Virus record (IMG/VR): IMGVR_UViG_3300046062_000023
Coordinates: 1 to 46,529 of that record
Strand: one strand, 5' to 3'
DNA length: 46,529 nucleotides
DNA from: a virus
Taxonomy: Duplodnaviria; Caudoviricetes
Positions 16,861 to 24,279 of the stretch are shown here, piece by piece. Position 1 is the first letter of the stretch, and each line of letters starts with the position of its first letter. The translations under genes were made by a program, and so were the position numbers. The notes under the pieces were generated by a model. It was not told the DNA's origin and searched no databases. It worked only from the letters and a program-made list of their open reading frames with translations.

Positions 16861-18222
16861 ATGGCCAGTGAAACTACCATCTCCGAGTGGGTGAACGACA
16901 TCCACGAGGGGGACGCGGCGGAGGTCCTCGCGGAGCTCCCCGAGTCGTCAGTCCATATGGCGATGACCTCACCTCCGTACTTCGGGTTGCGGGACTACGG
17001 CGTCGACGGCCAGATCGGTCTGGAGGACAACCTGCAGGAGTACATCGAGGACCTCCTCGACGTCGCCGAGCAGCTGCGGCGCGTTCTCCGGCCGGACGGC
17101 TCCTGGTGGCTCAACCTCGGGGACTCGTTCGCCGGCTCCTGGGGCGCGCAGAGCAAGGACGAGACGTCGAACAACATCCCCCAGCACGACTTCCCGGAGA
17201 AGAACCCCGCTCGGAACGGGAACCTCCGACGGAAGTCGAAGATGCTCGTCCCCCACCGCGTCGCGATTGCGCTTCAGGACGCTGGCTGGATCGTCCGCTC
17301 CGACGCCGTCTGGAGCAAGCCGAACCCGATGCCACACCCGGTGAAGGACCGGCTCCACGAGCACAAGGAGTTCGTCTTTCATCTCGTCCCCGAGCCGGAC
17401 TACTGGTTCGACCTCGATGCCGTTCGCCAGCCGCACAAGGAGCACTCGATCGAGCGCTCGCAGCGGGAGGACAACCGGCACGAACATTCGCGTCGTCAGA
17501 GCGTCGGGAGCGAGGAGACGCTGAACCCCGACCAGTTCGTCCACCCGAACGGGAAGAACCCGGGCGACATTCTCGAGATTACGGTCAAACCCTTCCCGGA
17601 GGCCCACTTCGCGGTATTCCCTCCCGAGTTGTGTGAGGCCCCCATCAAGTCGTCTTGCCCGCCGCGGGTCTGCGCCAGCTGTGGAACGCCGTACGGCTTC
17701 GAGTCGACGGAGCCGGATATCATGACGAACCCGAACGGCCGTGACAAGAAGGAGCGCGCCCTCAAGCTGTACGAGCAGTCGGACCTCACCCGCGAACACT
17801 TGGAGGCTGCACGCGACGTCGGGCTGCACGACTACGGTCTGTCGAACCACCACTCCGACGGCGGATACGGGAAGGTCGACGAGTCGAAGGCCGAACTCGC
17901 CCGGGAAGCTCGCGACGTCCTCGGTGCCTACACCCGGGAGTTCTCGTACGGCCAGCGGGAGCGAACGGGCTGGTCGCAGGCCTGCGACTGCGAGACCGAC
18001 GAGATCGAGCCGGGGATCGTCCTCGACCCGTTCGCCGGCGCGGGGACTGCCTGCCTCGCCGCGAAGGAGCTCGGCCGGCGGTTCGTAGGCGTGGATCTCA
18101 ACCCGGACTACGTCGCGATGGCGCAGAAGCGCGTCGGCGTTGACGTCGACGAGCCGGAGCGCCTCCTGGACGAGGGCGAGACCAACCTGACCACGTTCGT
18201 CGAGTCGGGTGGTACGAGGTGA
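16861..18222 (+). CDS. Beta-class DNA amino-methyltransferase (probably N4-cytosine) with insertion
   Basis: TSPPY, LNLGDS, AHFAVFP, VLDPFAGAGT. Confidence 0.92.
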   Translation: MASETTISEWVNDIHEGDAAEVLAELPESSVHMAMTSPPYFGLRDYGVDGQIGLEDNLQEYIEDLLDVAEQLRRVLRPDGSWWLNLGDSFAGSWGAQSKDETSNNIPQHDFPEKNPARNGNLRRKSKMLVPHRVAIALQDAGWIVRSDAVWSKPNPMPHPVKDRLHEHKEFVFHLVPEPDYWFDLDAVRQPHKEHSIERSQREDNRHEHSRRQSVGSEETLNPDQFVHPNGKNPGDILEITVKPFPEAHFAVFPPELCEAPIKSSCPPRVCASCGTPYGFESTEPDIMTNPNGRDKKERALKLYEQSDLTREHLEAARDVGLHDYGLSNHHSDGGYGKVDESKAELAREARDVLGAYTREFSYGQRERTGWSQACDCETDEIEPGIVLDPFAGAGTACLAAKELGRRFVGVDLNPDYVAMAQKRVGVDVDEPERLLDEGETNLTTFVESGGTR

Positions 18223-18794
18223 CCTTCGAGAACCCGTACTTCGAGGCGGTCGCCGGCGGCGTCACCGTAGGTGCGAACCGCTCCTCTTGGGGCGACCGCG
18301 CGGTCGAGGTCCTCGACGAGCGGACGGACCTCGTCCAGAAGTACGCTTGGGCGATCCCGAACGAGGGGGCCATCGAGACGATCGCCAAGCACGCGCCCAT
18401 CGTCGAGGTCGGCGCCGGCGCAGGCTACTGGGCGTGGTGCGTCGACCAGCTCGGCGCGCGGATCGTCGCGACTGATCCGGAGCCGCCCCGGATGGATACC
18501 TACACGGAGATCATCACGAAGGACGCCCTCGACGCGGTCGAGTGCGCCCGGGAGATCTTCGTCGACGGGTACACGCTGTTCCTCTGCTGGCCACCGTACG
18601 AGGACTCGATGGCGGCCGACGCCGTTGAGGCGTTCAAGGGGGACACGCTGGTCTACGTCGGTCAGGGTCGCTGCGGCTGCACCGCGGACAAGCGACTCCA
18701 CCGGCTTCTCTACGAGAGCTGGGAGCTGACCGAGACGGTCGCGATTCCGACGTACCTGGGGTTCAACGACCGGCTGGAGGTCTGGTCGCAATGA
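18219..18794 (+). CDS. Small SAM-dependent methyltransferase-fold protein
   Basis: IVEVGAGAGYWA and LFLCWPPY. Confidence 0.7.
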   Translation: MTFENPYFEAVAGGVTVGANRSSWGDRAVEVLDERTDLVQKYAWAIPNEGAIETIAKHAPIVEVGAGAGYWAWCVDQLGARIVATDPEPPRMDTYTEIITKDALDAVECAREIFVDGYTLFLCWPPYEDSMAADAVEAFKGDTLVYVGQGRCGCTADKRLHRLLYESWELTETVAIPTYLGFNDRLEVWSQ

Positions 18795-18928
18795 CCCCCG
18801 AGGACGAGCGGGAACTCGACGTCTTCGCTGCCCGCCTCAACGTGACCGCTATCGAGGTCCTCCCGCGGGGGATGCGGGACTCGCCGGTCTACCGACACAT
18901 GGTCGCGGAGGGGATCGTCCGTGACTGA
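18791..18928 (+). CDS. Micro-protein (45 aa)
   Basis: ATGA overlap, GGAGG SD. Confidence 0.5.
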   Translation: MTPEDERELDVFAARLNVTAIEVLPRGMRDSPVYRHMVAEGIVRD

Positions 18929-19289
18929 CGTCGTCGCCCGGTCGGAGTGGATGATCCGGACGGAGCGGTACGGGACGCGGCGGATCTACGAGCAGGCGCT
19001 CGTCGACGGCGAGGAGATCGCCGCCGGCGATATCCTCGCGGTTGAGCGGGAGTACGTGGACCCGGCGATCGATGCGTCGGTCGCCGTCTTCGAGGTGGAG
19101 GCGGTCGTCGAGTACGACGGCGTCGACGAGTCGGAGGGGCGCTGGCTGATCCGGCCTTCGGGCGGCGGGTACTTCTCGTTCGAGGACCTCGTCGACGTTC
19201 CCGAGTGGGTTCCCGGTGGTCTCCGGCACGGTCACGGGGCGCCGGCGGACGCGGTCCGGTACGTCGACGGCGCGGTCGAGGTCCGCTGA
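18921..19289 (+). CDS. Hypothetical protein
   Basis: GGAGG SD, acidic. Confidence 0.7.
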   Translation: MTDVVARSEWMIRTERYGTRRIYEQALVDGEEIAAGDILAVEREYVDPAIDASVAVFEVEAVVEYDGVDESEGRWLIRPSGGGYFSFEDLVDVPEWVPGGLRHGHGAPADAVRYVDGAVEVR

Positions 19290-19306
19290 GCCAGTTTTCC
19301 CGCCGT

Positions 19307-19353
19307 CTTACCAATCACTCGCCCCCTGTATCCCCCTCAGATGTTTGGTAAGG
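19307..19353. repeat. Family-A inverted repeat copy 4
   Basis: CTTACCAATC-N26-GTTTGGTAAG at the early/late boundary. Confidence 0.75.
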
Positions 19354-19407
19354 TTCGGCCACCCTCTCGAATCCACCGCCAACGGGCCAGTCCTGCCTGC
19401 TCTGACA

Positions 19408-19530
19408 TTACACTTATCACGCGACGACCAACTACATACCAGTAACGCGCTCCCACGCAAGGAGGACGATTAACCCAGAGAACCGCCTATTCCCCGCCCG
19501 GAGTCAATCCGCACACTGAGAACGTCACTG
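19408..19530 (+). promoter_or_regulatory. Probable late promoter and leader carrying the repeated 17-bp motif
   Basis: TTACACTTATCA; GCTCCCACGCAAGGAGG at 19449-19465. Confidence 0.5.
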
Positions 19531-19563
19531 CGGAGGGCCACGCGGAGCCTACTACTTATAGCC

Positions 19564-20142
19564 ATGAGTACATCCAAATCATCCACGACTGTCAAGTGTA
19601 GATTCGCCGGCTGTGACGCCATCGGGAACCGATGGGAGTTCCATCACGGCCGGTACTGTAGCAACGAGTGCGAGACGCGAAGCGACGGCAGGGAGGTCCT
19701 CGCGAAGTTCAAACACGACCACTGCCGCTGCTTCACCTGCTTCCGCGAGCTGAAGACGATCAACCCCCCCAAGCCCGACTTCGAGTTCACTGAGAACGGC
19801 CACGGCTGGACCATCGACGAGGATGGAGAGCCGACGCTCGAGTACTACTCCCAAGAAGTCACCCGCTCCGCAGCGGTCGGCTTCCAGTTCCTGACCCGGC
19901 ACGCGACGAAGGGCGAGAAGCAGCGCGGCGAGCAGGTCGCCTGGGGGACGATTTGCGGGTACTGCGGGAACACGGCCCAGAACTTCCATAACCCCGACCT
20001 GATCGAGTGCGCCGCCATCGGCCGCCTGGTCGACCTCCTCGCCGGCGAGGACGACATCGCGTTCGACGTCGAGACGCTACACCGAGAGTACGAAGACACC
20101 CGAGACCTCGACCTCGCGGTCGGTCGAGCACTCCACGACTAA
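19564..20142 (+). CDS. Cys-rich Zn-binding protein
   Basis: CRFAGC, YCSNEC, CFTC, CGYCG. Confidence 0.75.
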   Translation: MSTSKSSTTVKCRFAGCDAIGNRWEFHHGRYCSNECETRSDGREVLAKFKHDHCRCFTCFRELKTINPPKPDFEFTENGHGWTIDEDGEPTLEYYSQEVTRSAAVGFQFLTRHATKGEKQRGEQVAWGTICGYCGNTAQNFHNPDLIECAAIGRLVDLLAGEDDIAFDVETLHREYEDTRDLDLAVGRALHD

Positions 20143-20165
20143 CCCGACCGCACTACCCTGCCGCC

Positions 20166-20540
20166 ATGTCCACCGACCAGCGTTCTAAGAGCGACATCCC
20201 CAGAGAGCCATCTGCGTACCGACCGACGCTCCACTTCAAACGCCGCTTCGAGGACGCCTTCGACGAGCACCGCCGGCACCTGGACGGCGAGATCATCCGG
20301 CGCTGCATCACCGAGGGGGAGCTCACCGAGCAAGACGCCGACACGTCGCTGTTCGAGACGTCGGTCGGCGGCGTCACCTACCGCATCGTGGTGAATCCGC
20401 GGAACGGGACGTGCGTGAGCGGGTTCCCCGTCGCGATCGACTGGGACACCGCCCTTGATTCCGGTCGGTGGAATAGAACTCAGCTCGAGGAGATCGAAGC
20501 GTTCCTGAACGCCAAGCCCTCCCCCCGCGATCGGTACTGA
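20166..20540 (+). CDS. Hypothetical protein; DUF4258/RelE-like fold possible
   Basis: YRPTLHFKRRF..I..CITEG..YRIVVN..CVSGFP. Confidence 0.6.
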   Translation: MSTDQRSKSDIPREPSAYRPTLHFKRRFEDAFDEHRRHLDGEIIRRCITEGELTEQDADTSLFETSVGGVTYRIVVNPRNGTCVSGFPVAIDWDTALDSGRWNRTQLEEIEAFLNAKPSPRDRY

Positions 20541-20683
20541 TCGCCCTCCACTGAGTCCCGATGATGCTGGTCGCGCGTTATCCACGCGCCAGCGGAGGGA
20601 CCTTGGTTCGTGCGTTCACACGCTCTCTGGCCTCTCGGACCTCGGGATCGCGCATCAACCGGGCTGCTACCGACAGCCCGGGC

Positions 20684-20770
20684 TGCCGGCCAAGCGCTGC
20701 CGCCGACCGAGAGTACTCTACGGACAACGTGGAGCCTCGCGACGCGGCGGGTTCAACTCCCGGCCGGCAT
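20684..20770 (+). ncRNA. tRNA-like element 1 (acceptor stem plus T arm, non-canonical body)
   Basis: TGCCGGC/GCCGGCA stem abutting CGGG-TTCAACT-CCCG. Confidence 0.55.
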
Positions 20771-20813
20771 ACCCCTACCCACACCACCATACCCCCTTTA
20801 CCAGAACGGTCGC

Positions 20814-20890
20814 GTCCAGGTCGTTCGAGGCCACGAACATCATCGTCGCAAGCCGATGACTCTTCAGCGGTTCAAATCCGCTCCTGGGCA
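20814..20890 (+). ncRNA. tRNA-like element 2 (full cloverleaf, GNRA-capped anticodon arm)
   Basis: GTCCAGG/CCTGGGC+A; D arm GTTCG/CGAAC; TCATCG-tcgcaagc-CGATGA; AGCGG-TTCAAAT-CCGCT. Confidence 0.75.
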
Positions 20891-20916
20891 CTCACCAGAT
20901 TCCCTGGTAATCATGA

Positions 20917-21132
20917 ATGAAACTAAAAAACCGAGTACGATCACTGGCGGGGTTCGCGGCAGTTCTCACGCTGCTCGGACTCATCGTCGCCGACACGATC
21001 CATCCCGAGATAACGCTCGGCGTCGAAGACAAAGTCATACTCATCAGTATGATCTCCGCGCTTCTCGGCGTGGACCTGGCGCTGGACCAACTCCCGATCA
21101 AACTCAACGGAAATCGAGGGGACGATGACTGA
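20917..21132 (+). CDS. Small 2-TM membrane protein (holin-like)
   Basis: Two hydrophobic helices, basic N-terminus. Confidence 0.6.
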   Translation: MKLKNRVRSLAGFAAVLTLLGLIVADTIHPEITLGVEDKVILISMISALLGVDLALDQLPIKLNGNRGDDD

Positions 21133-21448
21133 CCCTACCCTTGTCGACGTCCTCGGCATGATCGCCAGCGGCGTCTGGATCTCCGGTGCGCTGTACTTCC
21201 AGCTCATCCGCGAGGGCGACGTCCATCCGGCCTACGTTGTCGGCCTGCTCCTCATCGGCGTCGCGCTGATGATGGTCTCCTCGGCCGTCGCGATCCCCGG
21301 CCGGACCACCACTATTCAGGTGCTGGGCATCCTCGCGAACGGCCTGTTCACCCTCCTCGGCATCGGCGTCTGGTATAGTCTCGAGAAGCACATCTGCATC
21401 GAGGAGGCGAAAGCCCTCGCCGAGAACCACAACCGCAACTCACACTGA
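21125..21448 (+). CDS. 3-TM membrane protein
   Basis: Three hydrophobic segments; overlap with upstream gene. Confidence 0.7.
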   Translation: MTDPTLVDVLGMIASGVWISGALYFQLIREGDVHPAYVVGLLLIGVALMMVSSAVAIPGRTTTIQVLGILANGLFTLLGIGVWYSLEKHICIEEAKALAENHNRNSH

Positions 21449-21455
21449 ACCGGCA

Positions 21456-21647
21456 ATGGGCTACACGTTCACGTGCAACGGCTGCGACGAAAAGGGGGAG
21501 AACCCCGCGCTGATGGCGCAGTTCAACAAGGACACTTTCCTGAACCACCCGTTCGGGGACCGCATCCAGGAGCGGGGCTACGAACTCGGCGACACCGTCA
21601 CGCTCTGCACCGACTGCGCCTACGACCTCCTCGAGCCCCAACGATGA
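21456..21647 (+). CDS. Small Zn-finger protein
   Basis: CNGC..LCTDC. Confidence 0.7.
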   Translation: MGYTFTCNGCDEKGENPALMAQFNKDTFLNHPFGDRIQERGYELGDTVTLCTDCAYDLLEPQR

Positions 21648-21928
21648 CCGACCCCCGACAGCCCGCCCGGGATCTCTTCTGGGACGACCACGACCCAGAG
21701 ACCTACCACTGCCCGGGCTGCGGCCGCGGTCGCGACGAGGTCACCTCCTTCCACGTCCATCACATGGACGGCGACAAGGAGAACTGGTCGCGCAGCAACC
21801 TGGTCGGCCTCTGCCCGCGCTGCCACCTCGGCGACGAGCACGAGCTCGACGTCCAAGGGAGCCTTGGGCCGACCCAACCGCGTGGACTCGGCCCCGAACA
21901 ACCCAGCGGCCTGACACCAGGCCGGTGA
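21644..21928 (+). CDS. HNH endonuclease (packaging-associated type)
   Basis: CPGCG..HVHHMDGDKENWSRSNLVGLCPRCH. Confidence 0.85.
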   Translation: MTDPRQPARDLFWDDHDPETYHCPGCGRGRDEVTSFHVHHMDGDKENWSRSNLVGLCPRCHLGDEHELDVQGSLGPTQPRGLGPEQPSGLTPGR

Positions 21929-21964
21929 GCACGCGATGACAGTCCCGACCCTGACGATCACGCC

Positions 21965-22519
21965 ATGACAGAAGACGAATCTGAGTATCGGATCGCGGAG
22001 GAGGCCCCGACCGACGACGAGGGGCATCCCGTCCATCCCGATCCGGACAAGAGCCACCGGATCTGTGCGGCGACGAAGTCGGACCGAACGACGCCGTCGG
22101 AGCACGGCCGGGAGCGTGACGACGTCGAGTACTGCCTGCTCGCTGCGGGCTGGGGCGTCGACGGCGCGTCCGAGGGGACGTGCAACCACCACTTCGGGGC
22201 GGTCGACAACCGGGGCGAGAACAACCCGAACTACAAACACGGGGGCTTCTCGGAGGTCCTGACGAAGGGCCTGTCCGACCGCGAAGAGGAGGCGATCGAC
22301 GAGGTCGCCGGCGCGCTCGGGAGCGAGGAGCCAGACGAACAGCTCGAGATCATCCGTCGCCAGGCCGCGGAGGCCTGGGTTCGCTACCGGCGGTCGGGTG
22401 ACTCGCGGCACCTCCGCGAGTACCGGCAGCTGGTCAGCGAGTTCAACATCGTCGACAACACCGACCACGTCGCGGTCGGCGACGCCGACGACTGGCGGGA
22501 CTACATCTCGGACGAGTAA
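21965..22519 (+). CDS. Terminase small subunit-like protein A
   Basis: ICAA..C..CNHHFG..NPNYKHGGFS pattern; position upstream of terL. Confidence 0.6.
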   Translation: MTEDESEYRIAEEAPTDDEGHPVHPDPDKSHRICAATKSDRTTPSEHGRERDDVEYCLLAAGWGVDGASEGTCNHHFGAVDNRGENNPNYKHGGFSEVLTKGLSDREEEAIDEVAGALGSEEPDEQLEIIRRQAAEAWVRYRRSGDSRHLREYRQLVSEFNIVDNTDHVAVGDADDWRDYISDE

Positions 22520-22576
22520 CTGACCCAGGGAATCGAATCGGGCCGCTCCAACGGCCCAGACTACGAGGCGTCTATC

Positions 22577-23836
22577 ATGGAACTGAAAGAACTACCAACC
22601 CCAGACCGAGAGGAACCCGTCGACCCGGAGGCGCTCCAGGTCGATGGCGAGAACCCGAACGAACAGAACGAGGCCACCTTCGGCCTGCTGTGCGAGAACA
22701 TGCAAACGAAGGGCTGGATCGGGAACGCGATCGTCGCGAACACTGGGGACCTCCCCGGGTACGACGGCGACGCGGAGGGCCTGATCGCCGATGGCGAGCA
22801 TCGCTGGCGCGCCGCCACAGAGATCGGGCTCGAAGAGGTCCCGGTCAAGTTCTACGACTTCGAGAGCGATGCCGAACGGCGGCTCTGGCGGCAGCAACTC
22901 AACAAGATTTCCGGCGAGCACGACCAGACCCGCGACGCCCTCGAGTACGACTACCTCCTCGCCCACGGCAAGAGCGAGGAGATCACGGCGCTGGCCGAGG
23001 CCCGCGGTGAGGACCTCGACGCGCTGCTCTCGGAGATCCGCCAGGACTCCCGCGCCGGCGTCGCCTACGAGTACGACGTCGACCACCAGGTGTACTTCGA
23101 GGACTGCATCCAAGGGATGGCTGAGCGCCTCGAGGGCGACTCGGTCGACCTCGCGCTCACCGACCCACCCTACGGCATCGACGTCGACCTCTCCGAGACG
23201 CTCGGCTCCCGGTCGGTCTCCCACTCGGGAACCGTCGCGAACGACGACCTCGACGGCGCGCTCTCGGTGTTCCGGGACGCCGCCAAGGAGCTCCGGCGCG
23301 TCCTCAAGCCCGGCGGCCACGCCTACGTGTTCGCCAGCTGGAAGACGTACGACCTCTTCCGAGACATCCTCGTCGACGAGGAGTTCGACGTCCGCAACTG
23401 CATCGTCTGGTGCAAGACGGTCCCGAACAACCAGCCGAACTTCGGGACCGGCGGGACGAACTGGGGGCTCCAGCACGAGTTCATCCTCTACGCGACGCTC
23501 GACGCGCCGCGGCCCCTGAAGCACACCCGCCCGGACATCATCGTCCACAAGCACTCGACGGAGGGCAACGAGCATCCCACCCAGAAGCCGGTCGGTCTCC
23601 TCGAAGAGCTGATCGAGCAGAGCACCGACGCCGGCGATGTCGTCCTGGACCCCTTTGCGGGCTCCGGCTCAACGGCGGTCGCCGCGGTCCGGGCCGACCG
23701 GGAGTGCGTCGGGTTCGAACTCGAGGGCGATGTCTACCAGGAGATCGTCGACCGGCGCATCAGCGAAGCGGTGCGTGCGAAAGAGGCCGCCGAGGACGGC
23801 GACGCCGACGAGGGCGACGCCGGCGATAATGAGTGA
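22577..23836 (+). CDS. ParB/Srx N-domain fused to beta-class DNA methyltransferase (probably N6-adenine)
   Basis: IADGEHRWRAA; LTDPPYG, HPTQKP, LDPFAGSGST. Confidence 0.92.
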   Translation: MELKELPTPDREEPVDPEALQVDGENPNEQNEATFGLLCENMQTKGWIGNAIVANTGDLPGYDGDAEGLIADGEHRWRAATEIGLEEVPVKFYDFESDAERRLWRQQLNKISGEHDQTRDALEYDYLLAHGKSEEITALAEARGEDLDALLSEIRQDSRAGVAYEYDVDHQVYFEDCIQGMAERLEGDSVDLALTDPPYGIDVDLSETLGSRSVSHSGTVANDDLDGALSVFRDAAKELRRVLKPGGHAYVFASWKTYDLFRDILVDEEFDVRNCIVWCKTVPNNQPNFGTGGTNWGLQHEFILYATLDAPRPLKHTRPDIIVHKHSTEGNEHPTQKPVGLLEELIEQSTDAGDVVLDPFAGSGSTAVAAVRADRECVGFELEGDVYQEIVDRRISEAVRAKEAAEDGDADEGDAGDNE

Positions 23837-24263
23837 TGATATCGACTACGGCGCAATCGACGTTCCCGAGGAAAAACACCCGACGGAGTACTCGTACGTC
23901 GAGCGCCGTGCCGAAATCCTATCACTCATCGAACGGGCCGGCCATCCCCGGGCGATCACGCAGAGCGAGCTGGCGAAGCGGTACGACACCTCGCAGTCGA
24001 ACATCTCGAAGGACTTCGACCGGCTCCGCGACCACATCACGGCGTGCGTCGGCGACGACGCCCAGATGGTCTCGCACCTGGTGTACAACGCCGCCATCCA
24101 GGACCTGATGGACGAGGGCGAGCCGTACAAGGCGGCGAAGGTCGTCACGATGTGGAACGACTGGCTCTTCGAGACTGGCGAGGTCGACCGCGCCCCCGAC
24201 CGCGTCGAGGTCTCCAACGTCGACGACTGGCGGGCGTACATCCAGAGCGGCACCAGCGACTGA
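23829..24263 (+). CDS. Terminase small subunit-like protein B (HTH)
   Basis: ITQSELAKRYDTSQSNISKD HTH; directly upstream of terL. Confidence 0.65.
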   Translation: MSDDIDYGAIDVPEEKHPTEYSYVERRAEILSLIERAGHPRAITQSELAKRYDTSQSNISKDFDRLRDHITACVGDDAQMVSHLVYNAAIQDLMDEGEPYKAAKVVTMWNDWLFETGEVDRAPDRVEVSNVDDWRAYIQSGTSD

Positions 24264-24279
24264 ACCCCACGTCTCTGAC

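Noticed and set aside
2500-19353. CRISPR array or IS ends for family-A repeats
   Set aside because: Copies are dispersed rather than regularly spaced; no transposase or target duplications seen
20623-20634. CTCTCTGGCCTC identical to 4931-4942
   Set aside because: Only one family-B half-site; second arm absent; may be chance
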